Assembly: GCA_021399345.1 (NCBI GenBank)
Contig: JAAFKI010000127.1
Span: 1-39,719, forward strand
Length of the DNA stretch: 39,719 nucleotides
Direction: 5' to 3'
Origin: Candidatus Heimdallarchaeota archaeon
Lineage (GTDB): Archaea; Asgardarchaeota; Heimdallarchaeia; Heimdallarchaeales; Heimdallarchaeaceae
The position numbers were made by a program, and so were the translations under genes. Under the pieces are notes generated by a model, which saw nothing but the letters and a program-made list of their open reading frames with translations, did no database searches and was not told the DNA's origin. Shown piece by piece: positions 6,701 to 15,028 of the stretch; within the stretch, counting starts at the first letter, position 1; every line of letters begins with the position of its first letter.

Positions 6701-9457
6701 GTGTGTATTTATATGAACAGACGAAAATCAATGAAAACAACATTCATTATTCTACTTTTGACATTTTCAATGATTGTGGGATCTAATCAAGCTGCACAAG
6801 CTCTAAATTACAATCAAGATCCCTCTGATCAAGAAGTGCAACAAGTAGTAACTGAACCGGCACAAAATGAAGTGGGATTGGAACAAACGGAAGATACAAT
6901 CGAAATATGGATTGTACAAGATTTTGTGATAACGGTGTATGACTTAGCATTTATAGAATGTCATGTGTTAAGTCTTTATGGAATTGAAATTGACGTAGAT
7001 ATTGAACTATGGATTCAATATGATAATGGTAGTGTTTACCTCATTTATCAAGAATCAAGAGTATTATTTCCTTATTTAGAATACGTCTTTAATGTAACTC
7101 ATTCATTCACATCAATAGGTGTACACTTAGTTAATCTAAAAGTGATGGATTTAGTACATCAACAAGAAGTTACAACTGTGTGCTACTGGGAAGTTATTGA
7201 TGGCTATTTTGAAATATATATTTATCAAGACTACGAAGCACAAGTCGGAATAGAAATTAAAATGGAGATATACATCTACAATGGGTATGCCATTGCGAAA
7301 GAATTGTATATTGAAGTATTAATTGATGGCGGCTTAGGTCCAGTACAAATATATGAAGAAACCACGTGGGTGGCTGCTTATGATGTGCTGATAATAGTAG
7401 TCTATTGGACCTTTGTAGTGGCAGGTATTTATGATGTGATTGTAGAAGTTATGGATATTTTAGAACAAAAAGAATGGTATGCTTATTGCTACTGGGAAGT
7501 ATTTGATGGGTTCATTGATATTGTAATTGAGCAAAACTATGAAGCTTGGATTGGCGTTGAAGAAAGAATACAGATCTGGGTTTACAACTACTATGCTATC
7601 GATATTGAGGCCGATGTCTCTGTTTGGATTACGAACGGAACACATACTTTCGAGATATATTTCAACGTTCTTGTGACAATAAATGCTGGGACGTATTTTA
7701 TGGACGAAATCTTTTATACATTCATCTATGAAGGATTTTGGGAACTCTATGTAGAAGTTTATGTAATTGAGTTCGATATTACATGGAGAGAATATTGTCT
7801 AGAAGGATGGTGGATCTATGGAGGATTCATAGATGTTTGGATCTACCAACAATACGAAGTTTTCGTTTCTGAAGAAGCAATTATGTATTGTTGGGTCATG
7901 AGCAATTATGCTGTTGATCGAGATATAGCTATTGAAGTGTGGATAACTAATGCAACGCATAGCATCCTGATATATGGAGAGACTACGGATATCGCTCCTG
8001 GAGAAGTGTATAACTTTACGGTATACTGGGTGTTCCTTTATGCAGATTATTGGGATGTAAAAATAGTTGTTATCGATTTATTCTCAGGTATATTTTATGT
8101 AGATTATTGCTATTGGTACGTCTATTGGGGATATTTTGAACTCTATATTTACCAAGAATACTATGGATTACTAGATCAAGAACTATGGATGATGTTTGAG
8201 ATATACAATTTCTATGCAGTAGAGAAGACTGTAGGTGTTGAAATACTCATTTTCGATGGAGTAGACTATGTTCAACTATACTATGAAATTGTACTGATAG
8301 ATGCACTTGGATTCTATTTCTTTGAACTTTGGTACGTATTTGCAATGGTAGGTTACTATGATGTGATACTAATCGTAACGGAGGTAGATACTGGAATAGT
8401 TTGGATAGAATATTGTTGGTGGTGGATCTATGCTGAATATCTTGACATCTGGATTGTCCAAGATATGGAAGCTTCAGTTGGCGAAGAAGTCCTTATGGAA
8501 TTCTGGATAGTAAACTACTACTCAATTGAAATGGATTTAACAGTTGAAGTATGGATAAGTGGTGATACGGATCCAATTATTTCTGATACGGTGATAATCC
8601 CAGCTAATGGTATCTACACATTCACATTGCCTTATACATTCCTCTACGAAGGATTTTACACTGTAACCTTGATTGTAATAGATAATGCAACAGGTGCCCA
8701 ATGGGTAGAGTACTGTCGATGGAGCATCTATGAAGGATTCATTGAAGTCTGGATAATTCAGGACTATGATGCTGTTGTAGGCCAAGAAGTATGGATGCAA
8801 TTCTATGCACAGAGCTACTATAGTTATGATGTACCAATTTACGTAGAAGTAAGAATAGATACGGGTTACGGAATTGTTATACTGTTTACAGATTCCTTGG
8901 TTTTACTATCTTATCAATTACTCATGTGGAACCTGAGTTATATATTCATGAATCCAGGAATATTCCATATCTACTTTGTAGTAATTGAATTACAAACAGG
9001 AAATGTTTGGATAGCTGAATGCCGTTGGTATATCCATGATGATGGTTGGCTAGACATATGGATTGAACAGGGTTATTATGGAGAAACAGGGGTAAACTAC
9101 CTTATGCAATTTGGAGTAAGTAATCTCTATTCAATAGACAAAGATCTTATTCTCGTAGTAAAAATAGTACAAGGAAGTGACTCGTGGATAGCCCATAATG
9201 AATCGAAATTGGTACTGTCGATGACAACGTACAGTTTCGATGTCAATTGGATGTTTGTAAACGACGGTTGGTATGATGTTTACTTCATAGTTACTGATGT
9301 CGTAACAGGAATCGTTCAAACATTGGATTGTTGGTGGAAGATTGAGGATGCAGTCATTATACCTGAATTCAGTGCTATAACTCTGATACCAATTCTAGGA
9401 GCTCTTTCTGCAGCAGTCTATCTAGCACTTAGAAGGAAAAGGAAACTAACTCACTAA
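6701..9457 (+). CDS. Cell-surface protein with 8 tandem ~102-aa Ig-like repeats and PEF-CTERM-type sorting tail (start probably ATG 6713 or 6731)
   Basis: Signal peptide, 8 beta-rich repeats, C-terminal IPEF + TM helix + RRKRK. Confidence 0.85.
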   Translation: MCIYMNRRKSMKTTFIILLLTFSMIVGSNQAAQALNYNQDPSDQEVQQVVTEPAQNEVGLEQTEDTIEIWIVQDFVITVYDLAFIECHVLSLYGIEIDVDIELWIQYDNGSVYLIYQESRVLFPYLEYVFNVTHSFTSIGVHLVNLKVMDLVHQQEVTTVCYWEVIDGYFEIYIYQDYEAQVGIEIKMEIYIYNGYAIAKELYIEVLIDGGLGPVQIYEETTWVAAYDVLIIVVYWTFVVAGIYDVIVEVMDILEQKEWYAYCYWEVFDGFIDIVIEQNYEAWIGVEERIQIWVYNYYAIDIEADVSVWITNGTHTFEIYFNVLVTINAGTYFMDEIFYTFIYEGFWELYVEVYVIEFDITWREYCLEGWWIYGGFIDVWIYQQYEVFVSEEAIMYCWVMSNYAVDRDIAIEVWITNATHSILIYGETTDIAPGEVYNFTVYWVFLYADYWDVKIVVIDLFSGIFYVDYCYWYVYWGYFELYIYQEYYGLLDQELWMMFEIYNFYAVEKTVGVEILIFDGVDYVQLYYEIVLIDALGFYFFELWYVFAMVGYYDVILIVTEVDTGIVWIEYCWWWIYAEYLDIWIVQDMEASVGEEVLMEFWIVNYYSIEMDLTVEVWISGDTDPIISDTVIIPANGIYTFTLPYTFLYEGFYTVTLIVIDNATGAQWVEYCRWSIYEGFIEVWIIQDYDAVVGQEVWMQFYAQSYYSYDVPIYVEVRIDTGYGIVILFTDSLVLLSYQLLMWNLSYIFMNPGIFHIYFVVIELQTGNVWIAECRWYIHDDGWLDIWIEQGYYGETGVNYLMQFGVSNLYSIDKDLILVVKIVQGSDSWIAHNESKLVLSMTTYSFDVNWMFVNDGWYDVYFIVTDVVTGIVQTLDCWWKIEDAVIIPEFSAITLIPILGALSAAVYLALRRKRKLTH

Positions 9458-9459
9458 TC

Positions 9460-9481
9460 TCTTTTCTTTTTTTCTTTTTTT
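9460..9481 (+). terminator. Oligo-T archaeal terminator
   Basis: T-rich tract immediately after the stop codon at 9457. Confidence 0.55.
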
Positions 9482-9569
9482 AATTTCTTATACCATAACT
9501 TCTAATACCATTGCAATAGATTTTTAAAATTCATTTTTCGTTTGGTTTTATATTATAAGGTGAACTAAA

Positions 9570-10526
9570 ATGAAAAAATATTTTGTAACAGGTTCATACG
9601 GACAAATAGGGATGGATCTTATTCCAGCTATGCTAGAACGTTATGGAAAGGAAAACGTTATTGCTACAGGAAGAAAGAAAATCAATCCTACATTCAAAGA
9701 ATTAGATGTAATCTATCACAGACTAGATGTGAGAGATCACTTTGGTCTAAGAAACTTATTGGTTGAGTATGATATTGATATTATTTTGCATAATGCTTCA
9801 GTTTTATCAGCAACTGGTGAGAAAAATCCCCAGCTAGCACATGAAATAAACTTTGAAGGATTTTATAATGTGCTAGAAGCAACACGTGAATTAAATCTAG
9901 AACAGCTGTTTGCACCATCTTCAATAGCTGCTTTCGGTCCAACTACTCCATTAATTGATACACCAAACACTACAATAATGGAACCAACTAGTATCTATGG
10001 TATTTCTAAAGTTTATACAGAGCTTATGGGTAATTATTATAACCAGAAATATGGTTTGAATTTCAGAAGTTTAAGATATCCTGGAGTTCTTTCTCCTGAA
10101 GAACCTGGTGGTGGAACTACAGATTACGCAATTTGGATCTTTTTTGAAGCACTCAAGAATAAGAAGTATGAATGTTTCTTAGGAGCAGATGTTAGACTTC
10201 CAATGATGATGATGTCAGATTGCCTTAAATCTACTTTTGACCTTATCGAAGCTCCTGAAGAAAAATTAAAACATCGCACTTTCAATGTAACTGGTATGAG
10301 TTTCACTCCAGAAGAACTATCAAATGCTATTAAAGAATATATTACTGATTTTGAGATTACTTACAAACCTGATTTCCGAGATGGAATTGCTCGCTCTTGG
10401 CCACAAAGCCTTGATGACAGTGTTGCTCGTGAAGAATGGGATTGGAACCCTGAATTTCCATTTGATAAAATGGTTATAGCAATGCTTGATGGTGTAAGTG
10501 AAAAACTAGGAATTTCCTACAAGTAG
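9570..10526 (+). CDS. tdh: SDR-type L-threonine 3-dehydrogenase (NAD-dependent epimerase/dehydratase family)
   Basis: GSYGQIG, LSATGE, SSIAAFG, YGISK, PGGGTTDYA, SWPQSLDD; GGTGA RBS. Confidence 0.85.
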   Translation: MKKYFVTGSYGQIGMDLIPAMLERYGKENVIATGRKKINPTFKELDVIYHRLDVRDHFGLRNLLVEYDIDIILHNASVLSATGEKNPQLAHEINFEGFYNVLEATRELNLEQLFAPSSIAAFGPTTPLIDTPNTTIMEPTSIYGISKVYTELMGNYYNQKYGLNFRSLRYPGVLSPEEPGGGTTDYAIWIFFEALKNKKYECFLGADVRLPMMMMSDCLKSTFDLIEAPEEKLKHRTFNVTGMSFTPEELSNAIKEYITDFEITYKPDFRDGIARSWPQSLDDSVAREEWDWNPEFPFDKMVIAMLDGVSEKLGISYK

Positions 10527-10604
10527 TTTTCTTTTATTCTCCTTCTTTTGACTTATTATTCTATTATATAGAAAAAAAGAAAGTGAATGATTTCACTTTA
10601 ATAT

Positions 10605-11012
10605 TTATTCAGATTTTCTTGCTTTAAGTTCCAGAATCAAGGCCACTATAAACCCTGCTCCTATTAGAATATATGATACGGTGTTTAACCAGTTCCAAGC
10701 ATGTATTCCTGGAATTCCAAATTGGACATATAGCATGATTATTACACCAGACCACGCCCAAACTAACATAGTGATCAGAGGTATTTTTACTGTTGACCAT
10801 TTAGCTTTGAAGAATGAAAGAAAATTCATGATACCGAAGGAGATTAAAGATCCTCCAAAGATCAATGGTAGCGCTGTATCATTAAATGGCCATTGTTGAA
10901 TGCCTACAAAGAACCAATCCCATAAGAAAAAGAATGCTATGGAAAAAGTTAAAGCTGTAAAACCTGCAACAAGAAACCAAATTTTTGTGAATTTATGTAT
11001 TTCTTCTGTCAT
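10605..11012 (-). CDS. Four-TM membrane protein
   Basis: Four hydrophobic helices; GGTGA RBS upstream on the minus strand. Confidence 0.75.
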   Translation of the reverse strand: MTEEIHKFTKIWFLVAGFTALTFSIAFFFLWDWFFVGIQQWPFNDTALPLIFGGSLISFGIMNFLSFFKAKWSTVKIPLITMLVWAWSGVIIMLYVQFGIPGIHAWNWLNTVSYILIGAGFIVALILELKARKSE

Positions 11013-11211
11013 ATTTTCACCTAATGATTCTTTTAAGAATCACATAAGATTAGAGAGACAGTTTAAAAATATTCTCTAAAACCTGAATATTTGTGAATTT
11101 TCTTTCTTATCTTTCCCTTGCAATTATTTATATCAGCAATGAGTTTGTATTTCTTCTAGAATTGTTTTTTTTGAGAGTTAAATTTAAAATTCTCTTCAGA
11201 CTTTTTATGAT

Positions 11212-12078
11212 ATGATTAGCATTTTAAAAGGCTTTTTTAAGCTGATTCGTGTGGAATTATGTTTATTTGCAACCATTGGACTCTTTGTTTCTGGCATTTT
11301 AGCTGAAGATTTAACAGGTTTTCAGTGGGAATTTCTAATTGCATTTTTAATCATCTTCTTTTCTGCAGCAGGTTCGCTTGCAATCAATGATTATTTCGAC
11401 TTTGAAATTGATAGAGAAAACCAGAGGAAAGATCGTCCAATAGTATTAGGTTTAATATCTAGAAAAACAGCACTATATACTGGGATATTATTCTTAGTTA
11501 CAGTTGTTATTTTATCAATCTTTTTGAATCTTCCAGCAATGATCTTAGCTCTTACATGTATCTCAATAATCTATTTGTACAGTCTTGGTCTGAAAAGAAT
11601 ATTTCTATTTAAGAATCTTCTAATTGCGGGTAGTTATTCAGCAACAATCTTGTTTGGTTCACTAATATCTGATTCATTTCTTGAACCTATTACAATTTAT
11701 TTCGCTATCATGGGATTCATCATAGGATTAGGCTCAGAAATCATGTTTGATATTGCTGATATTGAAGGGGATAAAGTACGACGTGTAATAACGATTCCTA
11801 ACAAATTTGGAACTAAGAAAGCAGCTATACTATCAATTTTCACCTATTTTGTCATTATTGTATTAGACCCACTGCCATTTTATGTTTTTATTGACTCGAG
11901 ATTCTATTTTGATTATGTTTTTCTTGCACTAATATGCATCCCTATACTTGGGTATATTATTTTGTCAATATCACTGTTTAGAAATCAAACAAAAGAAAAT
12001 ACTGTAAAACTTAGGAAACTTATATTCTTGGTAATGCAAATTGGCACTATAGCGTATCTTCTAGGAGCTTTAGTTTAA
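11212..12078 (+). CDS. UbiA-family prenyltransferase (DGGGP synthase-like)
   Basis: NDYFDFEIDRENQRKDRPI and DIADIEGD Asp-rich motifs, multiple TM helices. Confidence 0.85.
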   Translation: MISILKGFFKLIRVELCLFATIGLFVSGILAEDLTGFQWEFLIAFLIIFFSAAGSLAINDYFDFEIDRENQRKDRPIVLGLISRKTALYTGILFLVTVVILSIFLNLPAMILALTCISIIYLYSLGLKRIFLFKNLLIAGSYSATILFGSLISDSFLEPITIYFAIMGFIIGLGSEIMFDIADIEGDKVRRVITIPNKFGTKKAAILSIFTYFVIIVLDPLPFYVFIDSRFYFDYVFLALICIPILGYIILSISLFRNQTKENTVKLRKLIFLVMQIGTIAYLLGALV

Positions 12079-12166
12079 CTAAAAGACTATCTAAGAAATT
12101 AAGATTTTTCTTAATTTTCTTAGTAATTCATTTTTACTAAGTATTTATACGAATTTGCTAAATTAT

Positions 12167-12256
12167 GTTTAGCGTTAAACGCTGAACAAATCAAGACATG
12201 GCTTAAAAAGTTAGAATTAACCTCTTTGGGAAGATTTTGCTTTTCTGTTTTGATTT
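12167..12256 (+). promoter_or_regulatory. Putative structured 5' leader of the 12284 gene
   Basis: Hairpin gtttagcgt-taa-acgctgaac (12167-12187) and long-range stem aaatcaagaca (12188-12198)/tgttttgattt (12246-12256), downstream of TATA-like tttatac near 12144. Confidence 0.4.
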
Positions 12257-12283
12257 AACTAAACTAACTAAATTGGTGAAAAT

Positions 12284-12892
12284 ATGACAGTCTCTCAAGC
12301 AAGATTTAGACTCCCTCGGAGTCCATTTATCGGTTTTCGACTCAATCCCAAATACAGAAGCTGGTGGATAAGTATACTCATGACTATCCTAATAGCTGTT
12401 CCAATGTCACTAGTTATGGCATTAATTGTATATGGGCCTGCAGATCTAGCAAAACACTTTGCATTAAATCTCGTAGCAGCTGGACCAGTAGCTTTCTTTG
12501 CAGCTCACTTTGGTTTCAATGGCATTAAGATTAAAAATGTACCACTTCTACCCGGTATAGGACCTTTTGCAGAAAAAGTAATGAAATATGATTTCGGGTT
12601 AGCGATGAGAACACAACCCATGAAAAAACTACTCTCTAGTGGAAAATTCTGGGGATTCGGATTAATTGTAGATGCACTTCTATGTATTGAAATTGCAATA
12701 CTTGTATCTTTTATCAAAGTTCCCTGGTTAGCTATGCACTTCGCCCCAGGGTGGGGAAAAGCATGGTTGGTTGCTTTTGGTCAATCTTATGCACTAGCAT
12801 TTGGTATAGCACTTGCAGGAATTATAGTGACCATCTGGTTACTTAAAATCTGGATGTGGAAACCAACTGGACCACCTCCAGCTCAAGAATAA
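12284..12892 (+). CDS. Membrane protein, possibly DUF2798-like
   Basis: Two similar halves (ILMTILIAVPMSLVMAL...; WGKAWLVAFGQSYALAF); GGTGA RBS. Confidence 0.6.
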   Translation: MTVSQARFRLPRSPFIGFRLNPKYRSWWISILMTILIAVPMSLVMALIVYGPADLAKHFALNLVAAGPVAFFAAHFGFNGIKIKNVPLLPGIGPFAEKVMKYDFGLAMRTQPMKKLLSSGKFWGFGLIVDALLCIEIAILVSFIKVPWLAMHFAPGWGKAWLVAFGQSYALAFGIALAGIIVTIWLLKIWMWKPTGPPPAQE

Positions 12893-12907
12893 AGCTCTTT
12901 GTGAGCT

Positions 12908-14944
12908 TCAATTCTTCTTTTTCTTTAAGTAACATGTAACAGCAATGACACAAACTATTGTTGAGATACTGATGATTCTAGAAATCTCTGGAATTTGTAT
13001 CATTAGAGGATAAGGATCTATTGCATTCCCTAGACCACCAATTTCATATGGGCCTAAACCGCTATAATCTGACCAGAAATTGCCTTCTGTTGTTATTTCA
13101 TCATACCATTGATTATTAGGTGAATCATCATATGCTTGTATATTTCCTTGGTTGTTGTTTATGAAATTATTATGATGGATAGTAAAGAAGTTACAATAAT
13201 CCAGGTCTACTCCAGAATCTAAGTTATTTGTGAAAGTATTATAAGATATCAAACTGTCTTCAGAATGATGTCCTTGTATTCCCATATTTGTCTCTTGAAT
13301 CCAATTTTCTGAAACTGAACAATTATCTGAATAAGATATGTAAACTCCATATGATAAGTAAATACCTTCACCTACAGATTTGAAACCAGTTCTACCAATA
13401 ATCGTACTGGTTTTAATCTTATTAAAATTAGAGTAATCAAACATTACTGATCCAACTAATTCGTTGAAATTACAATTCACTATATTAGTGGAGTTTGTTT
13501 TAGTTAGATAAATTCCTAGCTTTGAGTTGGAAAACTCAGAATCAGAAATTGAGATGTTTAAACACTCAACCAATCTTATACATACATAAACCTTGCTTAT
13601 TTCCTGTGAACTTACAATTATATTATTGCAACGTACAAAAATAAGTTGTCCATATTCTGGAGCATTCAAAGATAAATAAGAAACATTGAAGAAGAAGCCT
13701 AGTTCTTTTCCATTTACAATATTATCATTTATTGATAATCCAACAGGGGCATCAAAATATAGATTTCCAATGATGAAACTACTATTTTCAAAAATATTTC
13801 TTTCTAAGTTGAAATAATCATTTTTTGAAATATAAGATATTGCTCCCATATACGTATCTGAGATGTTGTTGGAAGTGATAGAGCAAAAAGATGTTTCATC
13901 AACATAAATTCCAATATAACAATTTTCAAAAATATTATCTTTCAGAACGATATTATATCCATTTTGTATTTGACAACCCCTTTTCTCGTTGTACAAAAAG
14001 TTATTATTTTCAACTGTCATGTTTGAACATTCAGATAGAGATAAACCCATATTCACTTCTATAAAATTTTGGTTTTTAATAGTTATATTTTCAGAAAGGT
14101 AAATAAATATTTGACTATAGTCTGGGGTATCGATTTGAGTGTTTGAAATATTAAGTAAAAACAATATTGGTTTGTTATTAACAATATTATCTTCTACTAT
14201 AATGTTCTCAAAACCTATATCGTAACGAATTTTCTGTAATTCAAAACTACAACCTGAGCAATTATTACCTGCAACATATGTTGAGGGATGGATATCATCT
14301 ATAAGGATTCCAGGATAATATCCATAAGTTTCTTTTTCACACTTATTATCTCTTATATCTGCTGCATAGCACCCATAAACACGAATTCCTCTGAAACGAA
14401 AACCTAATACTTGATTGTTTTTAATTATAGTCTCCTGATTACGAGAAGAAAAAATCCCATTATCGCAATTTGTAAATAAGTTATTGGTTATGTTAGCTAA
14501 GTGACAATAAGAAGCAAATATACCTGAATTTGAATCGGTGAAATTATTTCCTGATATTTCTACATCTGAGCTAGACATATCATCTAAAGAAATTGCGTAT
14601 CCTATTTGATCAAAATTACAATTTAATATTGAAATACTATATGTTATATTTTCAACAAAAATCCCATACATAGAACCAATTATTTCGAGGTTCTGAAAGA
14701 TGAAAGGATTGTTTTTTGAACCATCACCAGGTAATCCCAAACTCAACAATTCTTCATTAGAGTGAATGATAATAGAATCATGTGGGGTGTATGTTTCTGA
14801 ATATCCAACCATCTCATTACTTCTATTTTCTAGTTGGACAATAATTAACTCATTTTCATAATTCAGAATTGGAATCATTAAAACGAATATGGTTAAAAAA
14901 AGTAATAGTCCCTTTATCTTCATCTTTTTTACACTAAATAACAA
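12908..14944 (-). CDS. Secreted NosD/parallel beta-helix protein with C-terminal membrane anchor
   Basis: PGDGSKNNPFI, many N-x-I-x-x-N repeats, GNFWSDY...DPYPL, C-terminal IPEI + TM + KKKK. Confidence 0.85.
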   Translation of the reverse strand: MLFSVKKMKIKGLLLFLTIFVLMIPILNYENELIIVQLENRSNEMVGYSETYTPHDSIIIHSNEELLSLGLPGDGSKNNPFIFQNLEIIGSMYGIFVENITYSISILNCNFDQIGYAISLDDMSSSDVEISGNNFTDSNSGIFASYCHLANITNNLFTNCDNGIFSSRNQETIIKNNQVLGFRFRGIRVYGCYAADIRDNKCEKETYGYYPGILIDDIHPSTYVAGNNCSGCSFELQKIRYDIGFENIIVEDNIVNNKPILFLLNISNTQIDTPDYSQIFIYLSENITIKNQNFIEVNMGLSLSECSNMTVENNNFLYNEKRGCQIQNGYNIVLKDNIFENCYIGIYVDETSFCSITSNNISDTYMGAISYISKNDYFNLERNIFENSSFIIGNLYFDAPVGLSINDNIVNGKELGFFFNVSYLSLNAPEYGQLIFVRCNNIIVSSQEISKVYVCIRLVECLNISISDSEFSNSKLGIYLTKTNSTNIVNCNFNELVGSVMFDYSNFNKIKTSTIIGRTGFKSVGEGIYLSYGVYISYSDNCSVSENWIQETNMGIQGHHSEDSLISYNTFTNNLDSGVDLDYCNFFTIHHNNFINNNQGNIQAYDDSPNNQWYDEITTEGNFWSDYSGLGPYEIGGLGNAIDPYPLMIQIPEISRIISISTIVCVIAVTCYLKKKKN

Positions 14945-15028
14945 TTTATAGTAAGAGAATATTTAAACAATCTGTTCTATTTTTGTCGAATATCACTTGT
15001 TCTAGAATTCAGAATTGTTTCTCTTTCT

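Noticed and set aside
12908-14944. Nitrous oxide reductase accessory function
   Set aside because: The NosD label reflects only the beta-helix fold; no nosZ/F/Y nearby
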